Below are positions 26,629-37,007 of a stretch of DNA of 64,000 nt, piece by piece (position 1 is the stretch's first letter; each line of letters starts with the position of its first letter). The stretch comes from an uncultured Acidobacteriota bacterium (GTDB taxonomy: Bacteria > Acidobacteriota > Thermoanaerobaculia > Gp7-AA8), in the NCBI GenBank assembly GCA_963741955.1, contig CAVUKB010000007.1:192001-256000 (forward strand), in the 5' to 3' direction. Under the pieces are notes generated by a model, which saw only the letters and a program-made list of their open reading frames with translations, had not been told where the DNA came from and searched no databases. The position numbers and the translations under genes are program-made.

Positions 26629-27380
26629 TGCGCCCCGCGGTGCTCTACGGACTCTGGCTCCGGCAGGTGAAGCGCTACCTCCGCTCGCGTGCGCGCATCA
26701 TCGGCTCGCTCGGGCAGCCTCTCCTTTTCCTCGTCGCGCTCGGCTTCGGGCTCGGTGCCGTCTTCCGCCGCGCCGGCGAGGGCGACTATCTGAAGTTCCT
26801 CGCGCCGGGCGTCATGGCGATGAGCATTCTCTTCACGGCGATCTTCTCCGGCGTGGAGATCATCTGGGACCGGCAGTTCGGATTTCTCAAGGAGATGCTG
26901 GTCGCACCCGTCTCGCGGCTCTCGATCATGCTGGGCCGGACGCTCGGCGGCGCGACCGTCGCCACGATCCAGGGACTGCTCGTCTTCATCATTTCCCTCT
27001 TCTTCGGCTTCCGTCCGACCCATCTCCCTCGTCTTCCCTGGGCGCTGCTGGTCATGCTGCTGATCGCCCTCCTTTTCACCGCGCTCGGCACGGCGATCGC
27101 GTCGATCGTGGAAGACTTCCAGGGCTTTCAGCTCATCATGAATCTGCTGGTGATGCCGCTCTTCTTCTTCTCGGGGGCGATCTATCCGCTGAAAGGCCTC
27201 CCCGCTCCGCTGCTGGTGATTACGAAGGCGAATCCGCTGTCGTACGGCGTGGACGCCCTCCGCACCTCGTTCGGAAGTCCCACGGAGTTCGGCATGACTC
27301 TCGACATCGCCGTGCTCGCGGGCGTGACGCTGCTGCTCCTCGGCGCAGGGGCGGCGCTGTTCAATCGCATCGAAGTGTGA
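26625..27380 (+). CDS. ABC-2 exporter permease (DrrB-like)
   Basis: Six TMs, DRQFGFLKEMLVAPVSR, NPLSYGVDALR. ATGA overlap with the ATPase gene. Confidence 0.92.
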   Translation: MMRPAVLYGLWLRQVKRYLRSRARIIGSLGQPLLFLVALGFGLGAVFRRAGEGDYLKFLAPGVMAMSILFTAIFSGVEIIWDRQFGFLKEMLVAPVSRLSIMLGRTLGGATVATIQGLLVFIISLFFGFRPTHLPRLPWALLVMLLIALLFTALGTAIASIVEDFQGFQLIMNLLVMPLFFFSGAIYPLKGLPAPLLVITKANPLSYGVDALRTSFGSPTEFGMTLDIAVLAGVTLLLLGAGAALFNRIEV

Positions 27381-27453
27381 GCGGGGAGCTCGCGGTTTTG
27401 GCGGACGTCTGGAGCCGCCGCGGCGCCGTGCGGCGGGAGCAAGGGTTCGGGCG

Positions 27454-27678
27454 TCGTGGCCGAACTTTCAAGGATCCGGGGTCGAGGTTCGAGCGGGTCG
27501 TGTGCCGGCGCTTTGATCGGCTTCGCAGCGCGACTCCAAAAGTTTGGTGAAAGATGCCGACCGGGGGGAGAGGCGCGGCTTACCAAACTTCTGGAGCCCG
27601 GACTCGCGGAGCGTGCGGTGAGCGGAGATCGATCGCGGTCCGAATGACGGACCGTGATCCTTGAAAGTTCGGCCACGA
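27454..27678. mobile_element. 225-bp terminal-inverted-repeat element (MITE/REPIN-like), copy 1
   Basis: TIR TCGTGGCCGAACTTTCAAGGA / TCCTTGAAAGTTCGGCCACGA. Inner IR CTCCAAAAGTTTGGT / ACCAAACTTCTGGAG. Confidence 0.8.
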
Positions 27679-27688
27679 GAGGTGCGAA

Positions 27689-28534
27689 TCAGGGTGCAGC
27701 CGAGAGCGGCTCCGGCTGCGGCGTGTCGGCGCGCACCTGCCACCCTCCGGTTGCGATGGACCGCTGCGCCATCCCTGCCGAGAAGTAAAACGCGCAGGCG
27801 ACCCCTCGGGCAAGCTCCGAGAACGTGACCACTCCGGCGGCCGAGAGCCCCAGGGCTGCCCCCGTGGAGAGAATCGCGTCGTAGAACATCCATCCGACGG
27901 CTCCCGCGCAGAGCATCTTCCACGGCCAGACGAACATTCCCTTCCGCAGCGCCCACATCGTCATCAGGAGGGGAGCCAGCAGAATCAGGACTGCCAGATC
28001 TCCGATCGACGAGATGAATCCCGCCGCGGCGGTCCACTCTCCGGCGAAAAACAGACCTCCGGAGCGGAGGATGCCCGGTCCTACCAGCAGAACCGCCAGG
28101 AGTGTCACGACCGTGGTGACGATCATGCGATCTCCGCGCGATCCGGGGAGGGTCAGTCCTGCCATCTTCCACGTGCGGGCGAGGAGGTAGATCCCGAAGA
28201 AGATCGAGATGTTTCCGCCGACGACCAGCACGGCGGCGAGCGGCTCCATCAAGGTCTCCGGCACTGCGCCGGCGACGAACGGGATCGATCGAAGGTCCCG
28301 GAAGAGGAAAAGAGCGTACCCCAGGCCCACCAGCATCCACGCGCGCCTGAGATGCTCACCCGGCTGGTGCGCGAACGCGGCGGCGAGGGCCCCGAGGAGC
28401 GCGAGAGCTTTCGCCATCTCGATCTCGGTCCGCATGAAGACCGCGTGTGCACCCGGATCGGTGATCAGAGCGCCGAGGAGGAGAAACAGTGCGCCCCAGA
28501 CGAAGGGGAAGATCATCAGCCACCGGAATCGCAT
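27689..28534 (-). CDS. Polytopic membrane protein (~8 TM), unknown function
   Basis: 281 aa, almost entirely hydrophobic helices. HLRRAWMLVGLGY and WPWKMLCAG motifs. Overlaps the upstream small gene by 1 nt (TGATG). Confidence 0.75.
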   Translation of the reverse strand: MRFRWLMIFPFVWGALFLLLGALITDPGAHAVFMRTEIEMAKALALLGALAAAFAHQPGEHLRRAWMLVGLGYALFLFRDLRSIPFVAGAVPETLMEPLAAVLVVGGNISIFFGIYLLARTWKMAGLTLPGSRGDRMIVTTVVTLLAVLLVGPGILRSGGLFFAGEWTAAAGFISSIGDLAVLILLAPLLMTMWALRKGMFVWPWKMLCAGAVGWMFYDAILSTGAALGLSAAGVVTFSELARGVACAFYFSAGMAQRSIATGGWQVRADTPQPEPLSAAP

Positions 28535-28767
28535 CAGTGAACCTCCATGCGGATGTGGGAGAGAACCTTTTCGGCGGCCGGAGCTCCCGCCATCGTTTTC
28601 AACATCGGCTCGAGCGCGGACAGCAGAGCCGGCAGATGCGTCTCTGTCAACTGGTCAGGCGCGAGATTCAGCACCCGCCGGCTGATCGTGCGGACGGCCA
28701 CCTGGGAATTGAACGGACCGAGGTACGGCGCGAGCTCCTCGACTAAACGCTCAGCGAAGGTTGCCAT
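28534..28767 (-). CDS. Small helical hypothetical protein
   Basis: 77 aa, RBS AAAGGTGG, translationally coupled to the downstream membrane gene. Confidence 0.7.
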   Translation of the reverse strand: MATFAERLVEELAPYLGPFNSQVAVRTISRRVLNLAPDQLTETHLPALLSALEPMLKTMAGAPAAEKVLSHIRMEVH

Positions 28768-29055
28768 GAGACCACCTTTCCCGGGACTGATTGAAGAACC
28801 GCTTCGGACGGAAGAATGCTAGCACGGATTTCCGCGATCGTCTGTGCCCGCTCCGGCGCCTCGACAACGTCACCACCTCCGACGCTGGTAGAATTCCAGG
28901 CGCGACTCACCGCACAACCGCGCCGCGTCAGGAGGCGTCGCGGGCACTCGGGCAGCTCGGCTGCGGCCGACGGAGGAGTCATCTGCGGCGAGGGCGAACG
29001 TGTGAGGCGGGTCGAGCAGACGATCGAATCGAAAGGCGAGGCGAAGGGCGAAGCG

Positions 29056-29601
29056 ATGAAAGCACGAGAGCATGACGATCTGATGGCGACACTGAAGGCG
29101 CGTTTCGAGCGCCATGCGAAGCGGCACGAAGGACTCGCGTGGGCCGACGTAGAGGCGAGGCTGCAGGCGAGTCCGGACAGACTCCGGTCGCTGGGGAAGA
29201 TGGAAGAGAGCGGCGGCGAGCCGGATGTGGTCGGCCGTGACCGGAAGACGGGTGAGTTCCTCTTCTTCGATTGCTCCGCCGAGAGTCCCAAAGGTCGCCG
29301 GAGCCTCTGCTACGACCGGAAAGCGCTGCAGTCGAGGAAGGAGCACAAACCTGCGAACAGCGCCGAGGATGTGGCTGGGGCGATGGGGATCGAGATTCTG
29401 ACGGAAGAGGAGTACCGGAATCTGCAGACGCTCGGCGAGTTCGATCTGAAGACTTCGAGCTGGGTGAAGACGCCGTCCGACGTCCGGAAACTCGGTGGAG
29501 CGCTCTTCTGCGACCGGCGTTACGACAAGGTGTTCGTGTACCACAATGGCGCCGAGTCGTACTACGCCGCCCGCGGTTTCCGGGGTGTGCTGAGGGTGTG
29601 A
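29056..29601 (+). CDS. DUF4256 family protein
   Basis: LKARFE..RHEGLAW...MEESGGEPDVVG...DCSAESPKGRRSLCYD...HNGAESYYAARGFRG. Start at ATG 29056 inferred. Confidence 0.85.
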   Translation: MKAREHDDLMATLKARFERHAKRHEGLAWADVEARLQASPDRLRSLGKMEESGGEPDVVGRDRKTGEFLFFDCSAESPKGRRSLCYDRKALQSRKEHKPANSAEDVAGAMGIEILTEEEYRNLQTLGEFDLKTSSWVKTPSDVRKLGGALFCDRRYDKVFVYHNGAESYYAARGFRGVLRV

Positions 29602-29933
29602 GGCTTCGCAGCAGAACAGTTCCTACCGCGCAGACTCCCGGCCCGGACCATTCGCGGGACATCTGCTGCGGAGACGGAGAGCGGCCTGTCCAGGCTGCGC
29701 ACGTCTTCGGCTCCTCAACATAGTCACCACCATGCCTTCGTCGCCGAAGCGGCGCTCCGAAAGCGTGAAGGCGAGATCGCAAGCGCGGCTCCGCCCCGGG
29801 GTGACGGAATTTCCGGTGATTTCAGCGGGCGGGAGCATCGTCCATGTCGGAAGCGTGCGCTCAGCGTGACCCGACCGATGAGTTTTGCTCCGTGCGCGGT
29901 CTAAGCATGCAGAAGTCAGCAAGGAGGTTCAAA

Positions 29934-30524
29934 ATGAGAAAGCTCACAGTGATGGAACACATCTCGCTGGACGGCGTGATCGAGATTTCCGGCAACCCCG
30001 GCGATTTCCCGTACGGTGACTGGACCGCGGCGTATCGGACTCCCGCCGGTCGCGACGCCGTCCTCGCCGCACAGGGCGAACGCTTCGATTTGCTGCTCGG
30101 CCGTCGCACCTACGACATCTGGTCGGCCTATTGGCCCACGGCGCCGGGGAGTCCGATGGCCGACCGCATCAACGCGGCAACCAAATATGTGGTGACCCAT
30201 CGTCCGGAGAGTCTCGAATGGGGGCCGTCCGAGAGCCTGGGACCGGACAGCGTAGAAGGCGTTCGCCGCATCAAGTCGCAGGACGGTCCGGGCCTCGTCC
30301 TCTGGGGCAGCTCCACGCTGACCTCCACGCTGCTCGAACACGGGCTTGCGGATGAAGTCGTACTGATCGTCTATCCGGTCCTGTTGGGCACCGGAAAGCG
30401 CTTCTTCGCGGAGAACACTCCGGCACGCGCATTCGAGCTCGTAGCGACGAACCCGATGCCGTCGGGGATCATTCTCCACTCTTACAGGGTCGCCGGAGCT
30501 CTGCAGCGCGGATCGTCGAAATGA
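29934..30524 (+). CDS. Dihydrofolate reductase family (RibD C-terminal) protein
   Basis: RBS AAGGAGG. ISLDGVI, LLGRRTYDIW, WGSSTL, YPVLLGTGKRFF. Confidence 0.9.
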   Translation: MRKLTVMEHISLDGVIEISGNPGDFPYGDWTAAYRTPAGRDAVLAAQGERFDLLLGRRTYDIWSAYWPTAPGSPMADRINAATKYVVTHRPESLEWGPSESLGPDSVEGVRRIKSQDGPGLVLWGSSTLTSTLLEHGLADEVVLIVYPVLLGTGKRFFAENTPARAFELVATNPMPSGIILHSYRVAGALQRGSSK

Positions 30525-30539
30525 TTCCGTCCTGTGCTG

Positions 30540-31439
30540 CTACTGTGATGTCGTCGTCGCAGGTGCGGGCGCCGGAGTGTGGTCGACGGCGATCGAGTAT
30601 TTCTTCGCGAGATAGTCCTCGATCTGCGTACGTTCCTGATCGCTGAGCGTGCGTGTGTAGACGAGCATCTCCGAGACGTCGCCCATCCACGGCTCGTGAT
30701 AGTCCGTTCCGGTGCCGCCGATGAACATGTGCGGCAGGCCCTTCTCATTCTCCACCGCCGCCTGCACGAGCGCGTGATTCCCGTTCACCCAGCCGTCGAA
30801 CGTCTTCGGTGTCCAGGAGTCGACGGTGATGTACGGCTTCTCCTTTTCGAGAGTGAAGTACGCGGTGACCCCGTTGCCGGCGAAGATGCCGTAGTTCGTC
30901 TCGGCGCGGCTGTCGAGTCCCGCGGCACGGTCGTACCCGCCGTCGTCCGCTCCGTAGAGCTTTCGAAACGGATCGGCGCTCGCGGTGCGGCTGTCGAAGA
31001 CGCTGATCACGGTGAGGTTCGGCGTCGTCCCCGGGTTGATGTCGAGGTTCGTCTCCAGGATGCTGTCGTTGCCGTCGAAGCGGATTGTCGGCTTTCCGCC
31101 GATCGCCGAGGAGACGAGCTTCGGCTGCGCGCTCGCGTCCTCCTGCTTCGCGGTGATGTTGTTCGGGGACTTCCATTCGGACACCGCGCCGTCCTGCGCC
31201 GCGGTGACGCCCGTGTCGGCACGGAGCCACATCGCGAGCCCCACGGTCGGAATCGAAGCTTCGGAGACGGCGATCGGCGCCGGTGTTTCGCTGGCGGACG
31301 TCGCCGCGGTTTCGGTGGTCGTAGCCGGAGCCGCCGGAGCCGCCGCGGACGAGGTCGTCGCCGTGTGGGTCGATGCAGCCTCTTTCCCACAGGCCGTCAG
31401 TGCGAGTACGAAAGTGACGAGTACCACTGCTTTCTTCAT
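30540..31439 (-). CDS. Lipoprotein with LamG/concanavalin-A-like domain
   Basis: Lipobox LTAC, Ala/Thr linker, LAMWLRADTG, IRFDG, GDVSEMLVYTRTLS..IEDYLAKKY. Confidence 0.8.
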   Translation of the reverse strand: MKKAVVLVTFVLALTACGKEAASTHTATTSSAAAPAAPATTTETAATSASETPAPIAVSEASIPTVGLAMWLRADTGVTAAQDGAVSEWKSPNNITAKQEDASAQPKLVSSAIGGKPTIRFDGNDSILETNLDINPGTTPNLTVISVFDSRTASADPFRKLYGADDGGYDRAAGLDSRAETNYGIFAGNGVTAYFTLEKEKPYITVDSWTPKTFDGWVNGNHALVQAAVENEKGLPHMFIGGTGTDYHEPWMGDVSEMLVYTRTLSDQERTQIEDYLAKKYSIAVDHTPAPAPATTTSQ

Positions 31440-31664
31440 TGAAGGACTCCTGTCAGCGCGTCATCGCGAGGCGACCGACGTGATGCGACGCAACTGTTTT
31501 CGCGTCGTCGTTCCATGCACGGTGCGTCGATTGAATGTGTGGAGGCAGCGAGAATCCGCGGTGCGACGCTTTGCGCTCACGCGATTGCATGCCTCAGTAT
31601 AGGCGTGACGAGCGGACCGCCGGGGTTACACGTACGAAAGAAAGGAAGAGGGCGTCGAGCACAG

Positions 31665-32522
31665 TCAATGCGTGGGAGGTCCGTCGTGCAGCATCAGGTC
31701 GTCGACGGCGGCGGCGAGGTCGGCGAGGTAGTCGTCGCCGCACGGGCTCTTCGTCAGGCCGACGAGGATGTAGCGGCGTCCCGGACCGGTGATGAGCGCG
31801 GTGTCGTGCAGCCACTCCTCCCACGATCCCCACTTGCGGAGGATCGTCACGTCACGCCCTTCGAGTCCTTTGACGAACTTGATGTCGTCGGGCGGAATGT
31901 CGGGAGAGGCGAAGATCTCGCGCATGGTCTGCGACGCGGCGGGTGAGACGAGCTTCCCCTCGTCGAGGAGAAGCCAGAAGCGGAGGAGCTGGCGCACGGT
32001 GGCGGCGTGCGAGTGGTCTGCGACGGGATCGCCGATCCGCTCGCTGTTCGCGCCGTAGTGCTTGCCGAACCAGATCCCTCCCCCGCGACTCGCGTCGTAG
32101 AAGCCGTAGGCGTCGAGGACGCGCTGCACTTCGCGGATGCCGAGCTGCCGCGAGAACTTCGTCGCCATCTCGTTGCTCGAGACTTTCGCCATCAGCCCGA
32201 GCTCGTGACGCGTCTCGGGGTCGAGCGGCTCTCTATGGTCCTCGAACCAGGCGAGGAGGATGCCTACTTTCGCAACGCTCGCTGCGTACTCGATCTGGTC
32301 GGGGTGGATCATCGCGACGCGATGCCGTTCGAGGTCGAGAAGACCGACGTCGGTCTGATCGGCGGTCATGCCGTACCTGGCGCGGACGGCCGCGTCGATC
32401 CGTTCGAGGGCGGTCTGCAGGGAGGCATCGACCGGAGTGTCGTAGTCGAGCGTGAAGTCGTTCACGGGAGCGGCTCCGCTGGGCGAGAGAAAGAGGACCA
32501 GGGCGATGATCGCGGCATGCAC
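31665..32522 (-). CDS. Serine hydrolase, class A beta-lactamase-like family
   Basis: Signal peptide, AASVAK (SxxK), SSN (SxN), KWG at the KTG position, HDTALI. Confidence 0.8.
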   Translation of the reverse strand: MHAAIIALVLFLSPSGAAPVNDFTLDYDTPVDASLQTALERIDAAVRARYGMTADQTDVGLLDLERHRVAMIHPDQIEYAASVAKVGILLAWFEDHREPLDPETRHELGLMAKVSSNEMATKFSRQLGIREVQRVLDAYGFYDASRGGGIWFGKHYGANSERIGDPVADHSHAATVRQLLRFWLLLDEGKLVSPAASQTMREIFASPDIPPDDIKFVKGLEGRDVTILRKWGSWEEWLHDTALITGPGRRYILVGLTKSPCGDDYLADLAAAVDDLMLHDGPPTH

Positions 32523-32589
32523 GCGGGAGAGTGTACAACGGCGTGACGGAGAGTCCGGAGTGCAGGGGAACGGGCTGGAGGCTGGAGCG

Positions 32590-32814
32590 TCGTGGCCGGA
32601 CTTTCAAGGATCCGGGGTCGAGGTTCGAGCGGTTCGTGTGCCGGCGCGTTGATCGACTTCGCAGCGCGACTGCAAAAGTTTGGTGGGAGATGGCGACTGG
32701 GGAGTCAGGCGCGGTTTACCAAACTTTTGGAGCCCGGATTCGCGGAGTGAGCAGCGAGCGGAGATCGATCGCAGTCCGAATGACGGGCCATGGTCCTTGA
32801 AAGTTCGGCCACAG
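32590..32814. mobile_element. 225-bp terminal-inverted-repeat element, copy 2
   Basis: TCGTGGCCGGACTTTCAAGGA ... TCCTTGAAAGTTCGGCCAC, with the same inner IR. Confidence 0.8.
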
Positions 32815-32893
32815 GGGTTCGGGCTTCGGCCGGTGGATCGCGAATCCGCACTCCGCGGCGTCGCAGTGGTGCGATAATGGATCTTTCCTCTCC

Positions 32894-35618
32894 ATGCACA
32901 TCCGCAAGGGTTCGCTGCTCGGGCCGTACGAGATCGTCGCGCCGATCGGCGCGGGCGGGATGGGAGAGGTGTGGAAGGCGCGCGACACGCGTCTCGATCG
33001 CAGCGTGGCGATCAAGGTCCTACCCCGCCGGGTTCGCTACCGACGCGAAGATGAAGATCCGCTTCGAGCGCGAGGCGAGGACGATCTCGCGGCTCGAGCA
33101 TCCGAACATCTGCCGGTTGTATGACGTGGGAGAGGCTGTCGTCGACGACGTGCAGCGCGGGGCTGTGGGGTCGCCAGGGGCGGACGGGACGGGTCTGCTC
33201 CACCAGTTTCTCGTGATGGAGCTCCTCGACGGCGAGTCGCTCGCGGAGCGGATCGCGAAGGGTCCGCTCCCCATAGCCGACGTTCTCCGTTACGGTGCCG
33301 AGATCGGCGACGCGCTCCACCGCGCGCACATCGCAGGCGTCGTGCATCGCGATCTCAAGCCCGGCAACATCATGATCACGAAGTCGGGCGCGAAGCTCCT
33401 CGACTTCGGTCTCGCGAAACGCGCTTCCTCCGTCGTCGACAGCGACGGCGTCACGCTCGCAGAAATCCCTCACCGAAGAAGGGACGATCGTCGGCACGTT
33501 CCAGTACATGGCGCCCGAGCAGCTCGATGGCGAAGAGGCCTGATGCCCGTACCGACATCTTCGCGCTCGGCGCGGTTCTGTACGAGATGGCCACCGGCCG
33601 GCGGGCGTTCGAATCGAAGACGAAGCCGAACCTCATCGCGGCCATCATGGGTGGAACGCCCCTACCGATGTCGGAGCTCCAGCCACTCACTCTGCAAGGG
33701 CTGGAGCACATCGTCGGCCGATGCCTCGAGAAGGAGCGGGATCGCCGGTGGCAGAGCGCGTCCGACGTCGCCGCCGAGCTGCGATGGATTGCCCACGCCG
33801 TTCCTGGCGTGCCGGCCGCGCCGCGCCGTGGAAACGTGCGCGAACGAATCCTCGCCGGAATCGGCAGTGGTGGCGCTCGTGGTTGCCGCCATCGCCGGAG
33901 CCGCTGCATATCGGGCGCGAGCTGTACGGACGCTACCGGTCGTCGCCACACTCGTCGAGGCGGCCGGGCCGGACTTCCATCTGGTCGAGGACGAAGCGAC
34001 CTTCGCCGTGTCGCCCGACGGTAGTACGGTCGTGTTCGTCGGCCAGGACAGCTCGGGGCAGCGCGCGCTGTGGCTCCGTCGTCTCGACGGCGCCGCGGTT
34101 TCGCGCCTCGCCGGAACCGATGGCGCAACGAACCCCTTCTGGTCTCCGGACGGGAGTTTCATCGCTTTCTTCGCCAACGACAAACTGCAGACCGTCGATC
34201 TTCGGGGCAGCCCACCACGCGTTCTCTGCGAGGTCGGCCTTCATCCCCATCGCGGATCGTGGAACCGGGACGGCGTCATCATCTTCTCCCCCTCCGCGCT
34301 CAGTTCCGTCTATCGCGTCAGCGCCGCCGGAGGAAAGGCAACGCCGCTCACGACACTCGACGTCTCGCGAAACGAGACGACGCATCGCTGGGCGTCGTTC
34401 CTCCCCGACGGCAGGCACTTTCTCTATCTTGCCGCCTCGCACGGAAGCTCCCGGGAGAGTGAGTCCAACCGGGTGCTGATCGGCGATCTCGCGGGCGGTC
34501 TCTCCACACCGGTGACGCAGGCCCGTTCGAACGTCGAGTACAGCCGGGGGCATCTGCTGTACGCCCGAGGCGGGGTCCTTCTGGCGCAGCGATTCGATCT
34601 CCGAACGCTCACCGTCAGCGGCGATCCGATTCCGCTCGCGCAACGTGTCGGCTACGATCCGGGCGCGTTCCTCGGACTCTTCTCCGCTTCGTCCGACGGA
34701 GTGCTGGTGTTCGCCACCGCCAACCCATCGTTCGGAAAGCTCACCCTCGAGCGGCTCGACGGCAACGGAAAGAAGGAGGCAATTCTCGCCGACGAGCCGG
34801 ACATGCCCGTTTCGCCGTTCGCGCCGGGACCAGCCATGTCGCCGAGTGGGGACCGCATCGTCTTCGAACGCGACGACGTGTCGGCCGGAAGCTCCGATCT
34901 GTGGCTGCTCGACTTCAAACAGAGGGTCACGTCCCGTTTCACTTTCGGTTCTGCCGACGAGCGGTATCCCATCTGGTCTCCGGACGGGAAGATGATCGCC
35001 TTCTCCAGCACGGCCGCCGGGCTCGAGATCCGAGTGAAGAGCGCTTCGGGCGCGACCGACGAGAGGGTGCTGCCCTCCTCGAAGAATATGGTACCGAGCG
35101 CATGGTCACCCGACGGCCGCTCTCTCCTGGCGACGAGGTGGGACCCGCGAAAGATGGCCCCTCTCGAAGTGATGCTCTATTCGCTGGAACAGCAGACGAT
35201 GCGGCCGTTCCTCTCGACCGGCTCGGGAGACCAGGCAGCGACGTTCTCTCCGGATGGGCAGTGGGTGGCGTGGGTTTCGGGACCGGGGGATCGCGCACAG
35301 ATCTACGTCACCTCATTCGCATCGCCGGGCACGGCGAAATGGCAGATCTCTCCCTCCGGTACCGACGGCAGGCCCGAGTGGATCGGGAACGAGATCTTCT
35401 ACAGAAAGGGCGACACTCTGATGGCGGTCCCGGTGACCGAGCACGCCACGGCGATCGAGGCCAGAGAGCCGCACCAGGTGCTGCGCGATTCGACGCTGTC
35501 GTTCGTCCGCCCTGCCCCCGATGGTCACGGCTTCATCGGCATCCGTCGTGACTCCGCTGCCGGCGCGTCGCCGATCGAGCTGGTCACGAACTGGGCCTCA
35601 GCGATCGACAGACCGTGA
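32894..35618 (+). pseudogene. Ser/Thr kinase + TM + PD40/TolB-like beta-propeller, broken by four +1 frameshifts (pseudogene or sequencing error)
   Basis: Kinase motifs are split across frames: [25 protein letters not shown] | RFEREAR..HRDLKPGN..DFGLAK | SLTEEGTIVGTFQYMAPEQ | DARTDIFALG..RWQSA | TM + WSPDG repeats. Shifts near 33022, 33458, 33540 and 33863. Confidence 0.8.
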
Positions 35619-35838
35619 GTGGCCGGATCCGCCGATTGGATCCGATGCTGCCGGGGATCCGGGTGGTGCAGCTGTCGCGCACGCGCCGTTAGCCCGCGCC
35701 GCGGACTGCAAGTCCGCACTCCGGCGGACTACAAATCCGCACTTCCGGCAGGAGGAATGCGCGAAGCAGCCGTGCTACTCTCGCGTGAGCGTCGCCCGCC
35801 CCGGCATTCACCTGAACCGCGCGGGATCGAGGAGGACA

Positions 35839-36696
35839 ATGCAGGACGAACGAACGGCGTTTCCGGACAGCACGGCGGTGAGAGTTGCGTTGTGGCGCGC
35901 GCTGCACGTCGAGGTCGATTCGCCGCCGCATGTGCTCGAAGACACCATCGGTCTCGACCTGACGGCGCCGGACCCGGCGTGGCGCGAGCGTCCGGACATG
36001 AATCCGCTTTGGACGGCGCGGATGCGCGCATCGATCGTGGCGCGTGCGCGATTCGTGGAGGATCAGGTTGCGGAGGAGGCCGCCCGCGGAGTCGGCCAGT
36101 ACGTGATCCTCGGCGCGGGCCTCGACACGTTCGCGCAGCGGAGCCCGGATATCGGGTCGCGTATGCGCGTGTTCGAAGTGGATCGTCCCGGGCCGCAGAG
36201 GTGGAAGAGAGAACGGCTGATCGATCTCGGGTATGGCGTGCCGGAGTGGCTGCGGCTGGTCCCGTTCGATTTCGAGGAGGGGATGTCGTGGTGGGACGCG
36301 CTCGCATCCGCCGGATTCGATGCGAAAGCGCCGACCGTCGTCGCCTCCACGGGAGTGACCATGTACCTCACGCGCGACGCGAATGCGGCGACGATGCGCC
36401 AGCTCACGTCGCTCGCGCCGGGATCGACATTCGTCACCACGTTCATGCTGCCGCTCGAGCGGATCGATCCCGAAGACCGCTCGATGGCCGAGCGTGCACA
36501 GAAGGGGGCGGCCGCGTCGGGGACGCCCTTCATCAGCTTCTTCACTCCGGAAGAGATTCTCGCGCTGGCGAAGGAAGCGGGATTCAAAGAAGTCCGGCAT
36601 GTCTCTGCGGAGGATCTCGTGAAGCGCTATTTCGGCGGGCGCAGTGACGGGCTTCGGCCGTCGAACGGCGAGGAGCTGATGGTTGCGAGAACGTGA
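35839..36696 (+). CDS. Class I SAM-dependent methyltransferase (LCM/ML2640-like)
   Basis: RBS GAGGAGG. ARARFVED, QYVILGAGLDTFA, FEVD, GVTMYL. Confidence 0.9.
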   Translation: MQDERTAFPDSTAVRVALWRALHVEVDSPPHVLEDTIGLDLTAPDPAWRERPDMNPLWTARMRASIVARARFVEDQVAEEAARGVGQYVILGAGLDTFAQRSPDIGSRMRVFEVDRPGPQRWKRERLIDLGYGVPEWLRLVPFDFEEGMSWWDALASAGFDAKAPTVVASTGVTMYLTRDANAATMRQLTSLAPGSTFVTTFMLPLERIDPEDRSMAERAQKGAAASGTPFISFFTPEEILALAKEAGFKEVRHVSAEDLVKRYFGGRSDGLRPSNGEELMVART

Positions 36697-36752
36697 GTGA
36701 CTTGAAAGCTCGAGGCTAGAGGTAGTGCTTCAGGTGATGATGGGTTCGGGCG

Positions 36753-36977
36753 TCGTGGCCGGACTTTCAAGGATCCGGGGTCGATGTTCAGGGCATTCGC
36801 TTGCCGGCGCGTTGATCGTCTTCGCAGCGCGACTCCAAAAGTTTGGTAATCGAAGACGACCGGGGAGAGAGGCGCGGTTTACCAAACTTTTGGAGCCCGG
36901 ATTCGGGCAGCGAGCTGCGTGAGTGGATTGATCGCGGTCCAAATGACGGGCGGTGGTTCTTGAAAGTTCGGCCACGA
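36753..36977. mobile_element. 225-bp terminal-inverted-repeat element, copy 3
   Basis: Same TIRs and inner IR. Lies between convergent genes. Confidence 0.8.
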
Positions 36978-37007
36978 GGAGCCGTTTGAACGCAGTCCTC
37001 CTTTGCC

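Noticed and set aside
23656-30529. Both DHFR-family genes end in AAATGATTCCG
   Set aside because: An 11-nt match spanning the stop codon is explicable by chance or shared ancestry; no further similarity.
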